Shown: in pieces, positions 53,536 to 64,000 of the stretch
Position numbering within the stretch: the first letter of the stretch is position 1
How the letters are laid out: every line of letters starts with the position of its first letter
NCBI GenBank assembly: GCA_047495785.1
Contig: JBLDXI010000017.1
Location: forward strand, 1,054,001-1,118,000
Reading direction: 5' to 3'
Origin: Lepidodermella squamata
Taxonomy: Eukaryota > Animalia > Gastrotricha
Length of the DNA stretch: 64,000 bases
The notes under the pieces: model-generated
The model's database searches: none
Told to the model about the DNA's origin: nothing
The model's input: the letters and a program-made list of their open reading frames with translations, nothing else
Made by a program: the position numbers and the translations under genes

Positions 53536-53543
53536 TATATAAA
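53536..53543 (+). promoter_or_regulatory. Candidate TATA box, chitinase 5
   Basis: TATATAAA about 70 nt upstream of the ATG at 53610. Confidence 0.5.
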
Positions 53544-53609
53544 TACGGCGTGATTAAGGTGGGTAAAAATTATCATTTCTTTTTCTCGTCTGTGATACGT
53601 TTATTTCTG

Positions 53610-56604
53610 ATGATTATTTCGTTAGTCTTCGCGCTTTCGGCCATTCATCTAGCGCATGGTCTAACCTACTGTGATAACGGCTGCAAGACTGGCAATGGCT
53701 ATTTTTGCGTCGATGGCGACAGCGCCGCTTTCACTGTTTGCAACAATGGCAATCGTATAGCAACGTTGCGGTGCTCGAACAACTTACTTTGGGACCCCGT
53801 GAACGGTGTGTGCAACTGGCCGACTGCAATCGCTAAAGCTTGCTCATGTGGCGGCTCGGCGACTACGACTACTACGACGTCGACAACTACTACGCCCGCA
53901 GCGACCACCACTCGTGCAACAACTACCACTACCACCGCAGCAACTACTACTACTACTACAGCGGCTACGACGTCAACTTCGACTACACCGCGGCCAACTA
54001 CTACAACAAGCACGACTACAACGACTCGGTAAATTTTCAAAAAAAAATGTCCCGACCTTTATCAAATTCAAGAAAATCATTCAAAATTATTCGAGGAAAC
54101 TTTTTGAATTAGCGAAAGATTTGATTATTAGTTCGGCATAAATAATCGATATTCGAACGATTTCCTAAATTCCATAAAAAAAATTATCATTTCTCCGATA
54201 TCGGATGTCGGTTCCACCATTATTGGTTTCGAATTTTCATTACCGCATGAAAATGGTTCCAAATACTTGCGCCACCAAAATAGAGGTTTTAGCTCTCAAT
54301 TTTCAAGCATTCTAGCGCTAAAATTCCCAGATTTTTCGCGATGCCGAATTTTCCTTTCTTGATTGAAAATTATTACCTGTGTGGCGTGTGGCCCTCAAAA
54401 GCAATCTTACACTCTCAGGTTTGTACAATAGTTTTCATTCTTGGGTTACACAAGACCGCAGATATCGAAAAAAATCAACTTTTTCAAAATCGATAATGAT
54501 GTCTTCTCAGTAGCTAACTCTGTAGGCTAAGGAATTGCTCGTAAATTGGCCGCTCATAGCGAAAAATACGCATCATAAAATGAGAATGCTATCTGTTAGG
54601 CGTGATAATAATAAGAAAAATTAGGTAATAAGATTTTTTGGGTAAATTTGGTGCTGCAGCCTCAATTTAGAATCGGAACCTTTTTATAAGGTTGCGCGCA
54701 TTTTCAGTGGCATTTTTCCTACATAGTCTTGTCAATTTTCACGAATCGCAAATAATTTGTCTTTTCTTTATCATGATAGACCTACTACTACGACTACTAC
54801 TACTACTGTTACTACGACCAGAGCGTCCACGACTACCGCCACTACTCGTTCATCACCGCCAACTGATTTCCTCCGCGTTTGTTACATCACAAACTGGGCC
54901 GTCTACCGTCAAGGTCCGGCCAGCTTCACGGCTGCTAACGTCGATCCTACGCTATGCACCCACATCATCGTCGCTTTTATGAAACTGTCCGGCGGGCAAA
55001 TTTCGTACCTCGAAAGCGCAGATGCAGACACTTTGGCGACCCTGGCTAAAATGCGCGATACCCAGAACCCATCGATGAAAATTATGGTTGCTATCGGCGG
55101 CTGGAATGCTGGCTCTTGGCCGTTCACAGAAGTTGTGAAATCAAACGAAACAATGGACGCCTTTGTCGTTCAAGCCATCTCATTTTTGCGGCAAAACAAT
55201 ATCGACGGCCTGGATCTTGATTGGGAGTCAGTTCATTTTTTGATTAATTAAAACTGAATTAATTAAATAATTTTTTCAGATATCCTCAGGGCTATGTGCC
55301 TCAATTCAGCCTGTGGTGCCAGAAGCTGCGTGATGCTTTTGAGGCTGAAGCTATTGCAACAGGTAGAAGTCGTCTCCTGTTATCGGCGGCCGTTGCCGCG
55401 GGTCAGGGTACCATCGACTGGTCCTACGACGTGCCGAAACTGTCGAAAGCCATGGATTTCATCAATCTCATGTCCTACGATTTGAACGGAGCGTGGAGTG
55501 CCGCGACCGGCCTCAACTCCGGTCTGCGGCCTCAAGATGCCAGCGACACCCTCAACATCCAATGGGCCGCTAATTACTGGGTGAAAAAGGGCGCAGATAT
55601 CAAGAAAATGATCATCGGCGTGCCAACTTACGGCCGAGTTATCAAAATCTGCAACCCTGGCCCGACTCAAACTGGCATGGGATCTAAGGCATGTGGTACT
55701 GGCAATGTCGGTCCTTGGACGAATGAGGCAGGTTTTGAGGCTTACTATGAGTCGTGCTTGAAGCTGCAATGCCCGGCTGGTAATTGGACATCGGTTTGGA
55801 ACGAGGCTGGACAGGCGCCGTTCATGTATTCCGGCAATCAATGGATTACCTACGAAAATGTCAACAGCATTGCGGCTAAGGTCAACTTTATCAAATCGAA
55901 CAACTACGGCGGCGTCATGGTTTGGGTACGTTTTCAATTTTTTTCGGAATTTTCCAGAATTTAATTTAAAATTTTAATTTTAGACACTCGACCTCGATGA
56001 TTTCCGCGACATTTGCGGTCATGGTATTAAATCGCCGCTCATGAAAACTCTGCTTGCCGTAAGTTGTTTCAAAATGAATCATCGAAAATCTATCATTTTG
56101 GTTAAATTTTAGGTTGCTACCAACCAACCTGTGCCAACCATCAATTCAGTTATGAATCCGTCGGTCAAGCCGTGTGATCCTCTCAACACTGGTAGCACTG
56201 GTGGCACCAGCGGCGGGTCATCAGGCGGCGATGGCTCTGGTACCAGCGGCGGTGGTACCAACGCGAATCTCTCAATTTGCGACAAGAATTGCGCAAAAGC
56301 TGGTCTGTACTGCGTTCCAGACAACCCGAACGCTTTCTATCAATGCCTCGCCGGGGTTCGCTACCCGCTTCAGTACTGCCAGACTGGTCTTGTGTACAAC
56401 TACAAGACGCAGGGATGCGATTGGCCGGCTAATAATGTCCCCTGTGATTGTGTGTTACCTACAATTACTACTACGGCAGCGCCGAGTGCTGGCAAGAGGA
56501 AGCGATTTTTCAGCAAAAATCTTCAGCATCGTCATTACTACCGTTATCTTCCGTTCTTGAGCAATAACCGTCGCTACTATGAATACCCCGAAAATAGTCT
56601 GTGA
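53610..56604 (+). CDS. Chitinase 5 (SP-CBM14-poly-Thr-GH18-Gly/Ser linker-CBM14-tail); exons 53610-54028, 54780-55226, 55280-55925, 55984-56058, 56113-56604
   Basis: CYITNWAVYR, DGLDLDWEYP, MSYDLNGAW, GVMVWTLDLDDF and two CBM14-type domains. The C-terminus has GKRKR followed by a Tyr/His/Arg-rich tail. Confidence 0.95.
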
Positions 56605-56913
56605 TTTCTAGCTTGCGAATTCCACTAGTTACTTCCGTAGTTTTCAAAATTGATTTGTTGTTGGTTTAATGAGCACTTGATTTCAATAATAAGGCAATAA
56701 ACAAGAGCATAAGTGAGTGATTATTCTTCATTTTTCCTATAAATTGGCGTAGAAGCGACTCCTTATCAGCGGCGTTATCGCATTCGAGGCGGCCACCGAA
56801 AGGGGCGTATAATGTTGATAAAGTATCAACACCACGCCCTTCATCTGATAGAGTCACACATTATTCTAGTTATTCGTTTCTTCCGGCGTTGGCTTCCTTA
56901 ATAGGTATATAAA

Positions 56914-58537
56914 ATGACTAGCGATTTCGCAATCCAGCCATTCGCGCTTCGGCGGGTGAATGATGACGAAAAATTCGGATTTGCCCTGAAAACGCAGGCA
57001 TTAACGCCTGATGGGGCTTTGAAACAACTGGTCATCAGCAGCATAAATCCCGGCGGCCCGGCTGAGAGAGCTGGCCTTCAAGTTGGAATGGTTGTTCTCG
57101 ACATTAACGGTGTCCCTCTCACCTCCGGCTCCGTGGCTGATGCAGGCCGTGCGATTGCTTTAGCCGGGCCAGGCCAGCCTACGATGGTTAATGTTAGGGT
57201 CGAAGTGCCTAGAGGCCTCCCCCGCCTTAGTGCTCTACCCACCCCGCCGAGTTTAACCGGTGGAGCAGCGCCTGTCACCCCTGTCCCTCGGAAAACCCTA
57301 GCATCACCCTCGACGCCTACCTCTCAACCACGGCAGTCGTTAGTTGCAAATCCGATTAACACCAGTGATGCAATTGTCCTCGATGTTGGCGCTTGGCAGT
57401 GTAAAATTGGCTTCGCAAACCAAACTGCCCCTATGATTTTCCCGACAATTGTTGGCCGGCACAAACTGGCGGGTGTAGGGCCCATGTCACCCCTAGGCGG
57501 TGTCCCTAGCATGTACGGCTCTACGGCTTTCAGCAAGAAAGGCATGCTCAAATTGAGTTACCCATACGAGAGAGGTGTCGTCAAAAATTGGGACGACATG
57601 ACTGCACTTTGGAAATACGCTTTCAAAGATGAGCTCCGAACAGAGCCAAAGGATAGAGCAGTATTATTGACAGGTTAGATTCGATTTTTTCCGGTTCTTT
57701 AATCATTATCTATTTTAAATAGAGCCCTTGTTCAACGGCAAGGAGCAGCGTGAAAAGACTGCTCAGATCATGTTTGAAAAGTTCGAAGTCTCCGCCTTGA
57801 ACATTGCCTTGTCAACACTTCTTGGCATGTATGCAACTGGGCGAACTAATGACTCGCTTTTAGTTGATGTCGGCGATAGCCTTACTCAAATTCTGCCGGT
57901 TCGACACGACTACAACGCTGCGTTTTTGGCCTCGCAGAAGTATAACCTAGCTGGTAGCGATGTGTCTGAAAGACTGGCGCAGCTACTCAGCGGTGAAACC
58001 GGGCACAGTTTTACAGCTCTGGATTATAATTTGCGAGAAATCAAAGAAAAATTCGGTGCTGTGGCTGTTAATTCCCAGGCTGCCGAGCAGACTGTTGCGA
58101 AGGAAAAATTCACTCTGCCTGATGGCAATGTTATAGAAATCGGCTCCGAGAGATTCAGGTGTACCGAAGTTCTTTTCGACCCTGCTCGAGTTGGAATGGC
58201 CAACATTAAAGGAATACCAGAGGCGGTTATTACAGCCGCAGCTAAATGCGACGCTGAAGCTCCGACCTTGTTGCAAAACATTGTTGTCAGTGGTGGTTCG
58301 ACTGTGTTCCCAGGCTTTGCCGAACGTCTACAAAACGACATAAAAGCCCAGACTATTCAAGTTTTTGGCCGGCAGCTTGATGTTAAGGTGGCGACCGAAC
58401 GTCACGGCAAGTTATCTGCCTGGTTAGGTGGTGTTGCGGTTTGCAATTTGGCCGGATTTCAGAACCAATGGATAAGCAAGGCCGAGTACGCTGAACTTGG
58501 TTCTGCGGCTGTTCATCGAAAAGCTGCGCCGATTTAA
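56914..58537 (+). CDS. PDZ domain-proline-rich linker-divergent actin-like protein fusion (~524 aa); exons 56914-57673, 57723-58537
   Basis: PDZ: EKFGFAL...VISSINPGGPAERAGLQVGMVVLDING. Actin fold: AIVLDVG...CKIGFA, FPTIVGR, LSYPYERGVVKNWDDM, VLLTEP.FN..EQREKTAQIMFEKF, REIKEK, FTLPDGNVIEIGSERFRCTEVLF, NIVVSGGSTVFPGFAERLQ, SAWLGG, WISKAEYAELG...VHRK. AATAAA near 58626. Confidence 0.92.
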
Positions 58538-60056
58538 GAAATCAGTGACGCGAAAACATTGCTGCAATTGAACAAACTTTTACCGTATATGTACACCATC
58601 AATAGTAGTTATACCCAGGTGATTTAATAAAAAATAGTTTAGAATGAGTAGTAGCGTTTATTTGAGTAAATTAACTGTCGTGCCACATGCCATTCCCAAT
58701 CAACATTTTTGAAAAATCAGTTATTCGTCGAGAAACACATGCATTCAGACAAAACACCGAGATTGCAATGAAATGAGCAGACTGTCGATTACAAACCAAG
58801 CTTCAATCATTATCATTTACATCAACAGTTTTCATGTATTTGACAATGAAAATGGTAGAAGAAAGATGGATTAAATATGTAATATTCAAAAAAAGAGTCG
58901 AATCACGTGCCAAACTGCTATTTCAGAGTCGGTTGTTTTCAATTTAAGGCCTGAGGATTTCGTTCAAAAATGTTTCTAGAACTCTCGAATCCGATTCTTA
59001 TCACAAAATTGCCAGTATCGTCATTGATAGGTATAAGAATACGAATAGAAACAAATTTATAAACATTTTGCAAGCAGGACGTTTTGTAAATTTGTAAAAT
59101 TGTTACATAGCCAAACATATGTCTTCGCGGATTTGGCTTCGTATTTCTTCTGAATCATTCTTTGAATTCTTTGTAGGCGAAAACTCCAATGTCCAGCCGG
59201 CTTCTTTGATATAAGGATGTGAGGATCTTTGTGCTTTCGCTCAGATTTTTACCAAATTTTTCGTACTGATAGAAATATACCAATCATTCGCCACCGAGTT
59301 GCTAGTTTTGATTAACGGGAATGAAAGAACCTTGGTGAGTTCAGATTTCCGAAGTACAGGCCAGCGTAGGTCGAATTGGCAGTGGGAGGCGCCTTGTTCA
59401 AAATACTCAACTTTTTTCAATCCATCTCATGGATTTATCAATGCCAGCAATTCTTCTTCGGTCATTTCAAGTCGGCCAAGTCAGCCGCCAGTTTCAGTCG
59501 ATAAAGCAAACGACTGTCGATATCTAGAAACAGAAAAAACATCTCCATGTCGGATCAGGAATAATATGCCTTTAGTTGCATAGCGTCCTTGGAAGTTCAG
59601 ACAAAAAGGAAAAAATATATGGGTAAATAATGCAGCTTCTCCTGACCACAGGATTCTGACATCATGCCATCGAGCCGCACGATTTTGGATGGTATAAGAC
59701 ATAAGACATAGGACAGATTTATTCGAATCGCCTCAGACAGATACGTTTACGAATTATATAACACCTACAGGATTTTGGGTGGTTTCCAAGTCCAAGAAAT
59801 TCAAAAAGTTACCGCCAAAACATGTTCACGCAAATTTAAAAAAAACTACAAAGCCAATACAAAAATGTAAACATTATTTTAATTTGTGTTTGTAGAAAAC
59901 ATAGTTACTACATGCGTCCTTGTCAACGCAGCATTTTCGGCAGGCGCCGGGTGGGATGTGTATAGCTTCACACGTTTAAAGCCACAGGCGGAGAGTCAGG
60001 GCTTATTGTTGCCAATATTCATCTTGTTTAATGTTTTATTTCCGGCAAAAACTCAA

Positions 60057-63000
60057 ATGGTAGCTTCAAAGACTCTACACTGGGGATGTATAGAGGTGGC
60101 AGCATCGTTGATATGGACGAACTGGGAAATAGGCAAAGAGTACACTCGGTTGCTAAATGTCAAGAACATTGGACCGCGGGCAAGAAAACTGAAGTTTCGG
60201 TATATATTAGTGACATTGGAAAACTTGATTACTTTCAACCTTTATCAATTCTTCCAAGGATACCAAGCAGTCGATTCTTTGTCACGCTGTACCCGAAGCC
60301 GATAATTTTGAGCCCTGGTACGACTTTTCAGTTACCTGTAACTTTCAAGCCGATGGAAAATGTCAAATATCATGATGCGATCGAATTTTATTCCAAGGTA
60401 TTTTGACCACTTGAGTCTTGAAGCTCAGTTAGTAATTAATTCTGTTTCAGGACGAGGGCTTTGCGCCATTTTCTGTCGGTTTGCAAGGCGAGCTCCCTAA
60501 GCATGTTCTTCATTGCCCAGAGGCACTCAACATCAATATTTGTGCTGTCGGAGAGTCCGTCTCGTTACCTTTCGAGGTTACAAATAAATCGTTAGCTCAT
60601 CATTGATTTCAAAGATAGTTGTCTAAACCTTTCCAAATTTCAGAAACTTGCGAACATCTTTCTCTTGGCTTGTCGATCAACCGTTTGCTATCACTCCTCA
60701 AAGCGGATTTATTGACGGAGGTGCTTCTCTCAAATGTCAACTGTCTTTTTCTCCCAAGGAGGCTCGCACTTACGTTATGGAGGCTGTCTTAGCTTATGGT
60801 GAAAACTTGCAGGAAGACGATGGTTCTGAAACATTGAAGGAAACTTGCAAACTGAGTGGAATCGGAAAATTCCCTCATGTTGTTGTCAGATACGAAGGCA
60901 GCTCTCTGGGTAAAGACGGAAAGGTTGAATTTGGCCAAATCCCATACGGAAAGAAAATTCAAAAGACTTTCCAAGTTGTGAATATGTCACCAGCCGTCAC
61001 TCGATTTCGTATTAGAAGGCGTCATCCTCAAATTAAAAATGTAGATAAAGCCTTCAAATTATCTACGAAAGAGGGGATTTTGCCTGCACTGGGTTATGTC
61101 GACGTAGAAGCGTCATTCGAACCCACATGTCCTGGTTTAAAGTTCGAGGACCATTTTATAGTGGAACCAGCGTGTTTGGCTAGTCGAGCATCTTTCTCAC
61201 TATCAGGCTCTTGTGTCTCCCCAGTTGTATCCCTGCAGCCAACTGTTTTGGAATTCGGATGCTGCTCAGTAGTCCCTAATCCGCCGATTCTGAAAACATT
61301 TACCATTACAAACCACAGTCCGTTCTCGGATGCTGCGTTTGAAGTGATTGTCGACAATACGGTCGGCGTTTTCAAATTTTCATCACTGAGTGGCATCTTA
61401 AAACCGGGTGAAAATCGCCTCATCTCCGTTAGCTTTTATGCGCCGCTACCCATAAACTTCTACCGACGTGTTACCATATTGATTGCTCACCATGACCCGC
61501 TCATGATCGACTTGATTGGCACAGCCTTCAGCATGGATTGTCACCCTCCGGCATTGAAGGCCGAACATTTAGGCCGATATCGAGCTGCTGTTGACAGAGG
61601 TCTTGCTCGGTACTTCCCAGAGCAGTTGCAGATGTTTTTACAGGAGGGCAAATTGAAGGTCGATGACGCCGGGGCCCTGGAAGTTGTCGATGCCCTGGCC
61701 CTGCCTGGCTACTCCCCACCAAACGTTAGCTGCTCAACCATCGCCCCAATAGACGAATATTTCGACGACGGATATCACTCTGCTCATGTTTCTAACAGCC
61801 CATTTGTCAGTTTCGATCACGAATGGGTTCACATGGCAGCGTCTAATAACACCCTGAAAAAGCCTCAAACTATTCACTTGACAAATCACACGAAAGGCAA
61901 AATTATTGCACAGTTCACAGTTGTTCCAGAAAACGAAAAGTCGCAGAGTCATTTTGTTGTCGAGCCCATGAAATTGGAAGTTCTTGCCGGTCGATCAACA
62001 GCTTTTACCGTCAGACTATCAGACGCTGCTTTAGCCGCGTTTTCGACAGTTGGGACTTTCTTAACGTCGAATATTGAATGTTACTGTTATCACTCTGTTC
62101 AGCGGGAACATACCTTGGTTCAGCAAGAGGTTGTTATGCCGCCGTGGTGTTTGTTACTCAACGTCACAGCTAGCACTTATCCGTTAAATGCCGAAAGAGC
62201 TGTTCCGATGGTGCTTACCTTCAACCCTTTAGACGCAATTTTCTTCCCTTCCCTCGTTATCGGCGAAACGGCGTATCGAACGCTGCTAATTTCCAACAAA
62301 CTCGACCTACCCGCGTTGATAAATATCGAAAAGCCAACAGATGAGAGCTTCGAGGTCAAACCTAGCATTGCGGTAGTTAAACCGGGCTCCCACGTCGTAG
62401 CAACCGTTCGATTCCGGCCTAATGACGCGCAAATTCTTCAGCAACAACTGAAAGTTAACGTTAACGAAGTGGCAAAAAATACGAAAGAACTAACGCTTTA
62501 CGGAGCTGCCGAACCGCCAGATGTTGTTTTCGATGAAGGTGATCTGGTTTTCATTGCACCGACTTGCATTAACTCAGAGTCATACCTGCCTTACACGATA
62601 AGAAACGCGAGTAGACAACGAGTTGAGTATCAATGGCACGTTCCAGTTCAATATCGCGATGTTCTAACAGTCAGGCCAACTATTGGCTGCCTGGATATTC
62701 GCGGATTTCAAACTTGCAAATTCATCTACACCCCAAAGGTAGGTCAAATAATGATCAAATATGAAGGGATTTTTGTGATTCATTTTTCGATTTTCAGAGT
62801 GAATCCAGACAAATGATGAAAATTAATTTGGCTACCAGAGTCATTCCGTCGACAGTAATAAACCCGGATAACGTCCCGACTCGCGATTTTCGAGTTCGAA
62901 TCGTTGCTGAAGGTTGTGTTGGCAGTCTAATGGCCCGTCAAACTCTTCACAACTACGGATCGTTGCGAGTTGGCCGATCTCAACGCGTTCAAGATTTCGT

Positions 63001-64000
63001 GGTAACAAACACCAGCGACTGCCCAGTCCACGTTCGTTTGGTCTACCAGCAACGCATCGAGCCACTGGAGGAAGACGAACAAATCTACGAGGTGACGTCG
63101 TCTTCATCGACCCGAAACATCATCACCATGGATCCGGATGAATTCACGGTCAACCCGCATTGCGATCAAACAATTGTTGTTCATATTAGGCCGAAGCAGA
63201 GATGCCGCTATCATTTTAAGGTGGCCTACGTGCTGCTGGATAACTACGGCGATCCGCTACCTCCGATCGAGTCTGAAAAGTCTCTACCACCCGAGAAGCC
63301 GTTGGCAAACCTCGTAGCCGAGGGAATTTACCCTCAAATCTTTGTAAGCGACGTTCAAGCCTCGGGCAGTGCTCGGCTTGTAACAAAACGTCACCTTTGG
63401 CAATTGTTATCCCTGGACGATTTGAACGTATGCCTGAGTTCGGACCCTCACGAAGCAGAACTGGGCAAAAGCCGAGCGAATTTCTTGCGAAATTCTGCCC
63501 GAAGGCGTTTAGAGACGAATACGCCAGATTTTGACGGAAATGATCAGATTGTAGATTACAAACCAAGATCTTACATTCAATTCGACATGGGGGCGATGCC
63601 GTTGAACACAGACCCATGGAAGGTGCATCTTACGATTCAAAACAGCGGGCCGTTAGACGCCGAGTGGCAATTTTTATTCCCGACTGATTTACTCGTCGAC
63701 ATCCAACCATGGGCTGAAAATCTTGATTTCGACGAAGAAGAGCTGCATGAAATGATGATAGTTGATAACAAGCTATTCGATATCACCCCGAGAAAGGGCA
63801 CGCTGCCAGCGAATGGCGGCCAGCAAATGATTACCGTCACTTTTCGGCATCAATTTATCGGAACTTCTCGCCTACCTGTCCTCCTTAAAGTTAACGATGG
63901 CCGCGAGGTTCTTCTAACGTTGACCGGAGCTTCAGTTGCGGATGATACGCCCTATCTTTACCTGCCTAAAACCAGGTTTTGCCTAGCCCCTGTCGCGATT
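60057..64000 (+). CDS. CFAP65: Cilia- and flagella-associated protein 65 (CCDC108), 3'-truncated by the window edge; exons 60057-60199, 60259-60397, 60451-60590, 60644-62738, 62798->64000
   Basis: The N-terminus WGCIEVAASLIWTNWEIGKEYTRLLNVKN...FFVTLYPKPIILSPG...PVTFKPME resembles CFAP65. It is followed by repeated Ig-like ASH/MSP modules (F.I.P.SG.(I/L), NFYRRVTILIAHHDPLMIDLIGT, VMPPWCL). The last exon is open to the window end. Confidence 0.9.

Noticed and set aside
53340-53609. Long N-terminal extension of chitinase 5 in the ORF track
   Set aside because: It starts at TTG and spans the TATA box. The ATG at 53610 gives a signal peptide matching the paralogs.
53699-54040. Val-rich minus-strand ORFs (also 43511-43768) and poly-Cys ORFs opposite poly-Gln tracts
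   Set aside because: They are antisense shadows of Thr-rich and Gln-rich coding repeats.
43005-56604. One giant multi-domain chitinase (insect group II-like), or bacterial horizontal origin
   Set aside because: Each unit has its own signal peptide, stop codon and downstream AATAAA. The motifs and CBM14 domains are animal-type and the genes are intron-rich.

Overview
This window is compact, intron-rich animal (metazoan) genomic DNA in the standard genetic code. Most introns are AT-rich and about 45-70 nt, and CpG is not visibly depleted. All gene models were spliced by hand from GT-AG signals and reading-frame continuity. In order: the 3' part of a kindlin/fermitin gene; a claudin-superfamily gene; a secreted MAM + three 8-Cys PAN/Apple-like repeat protein; a minus-strand PPP1R36-like gene with an orphan gene nested antisense in one intron; an unassigned multi-pass membrane protein; a ZNF541/TRERF1-family C2H2-ELM2-SANT regulator; five tandem CBM14-GH18-CBM14 chitinases; a PDZ-proline-rich-actin fusion gene; and the 5' part of CFAP65. 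Two TA-flanked MITE-like elements are present. The best candidate for an undescribed system is the PDZ-actin chimera. Its PDZ and actin N-terminus lie in one exon, its ATPase residues are altered, and its C-terminus resembles a PDZ ligand. Next is the chitinase array, with mosaic intron patterns, symmetric linker exons and possible convertase-released C-terminal peptides. No rRNA, tRNA or CRISPR array was recognised. The species cannot be determined from this sequence.
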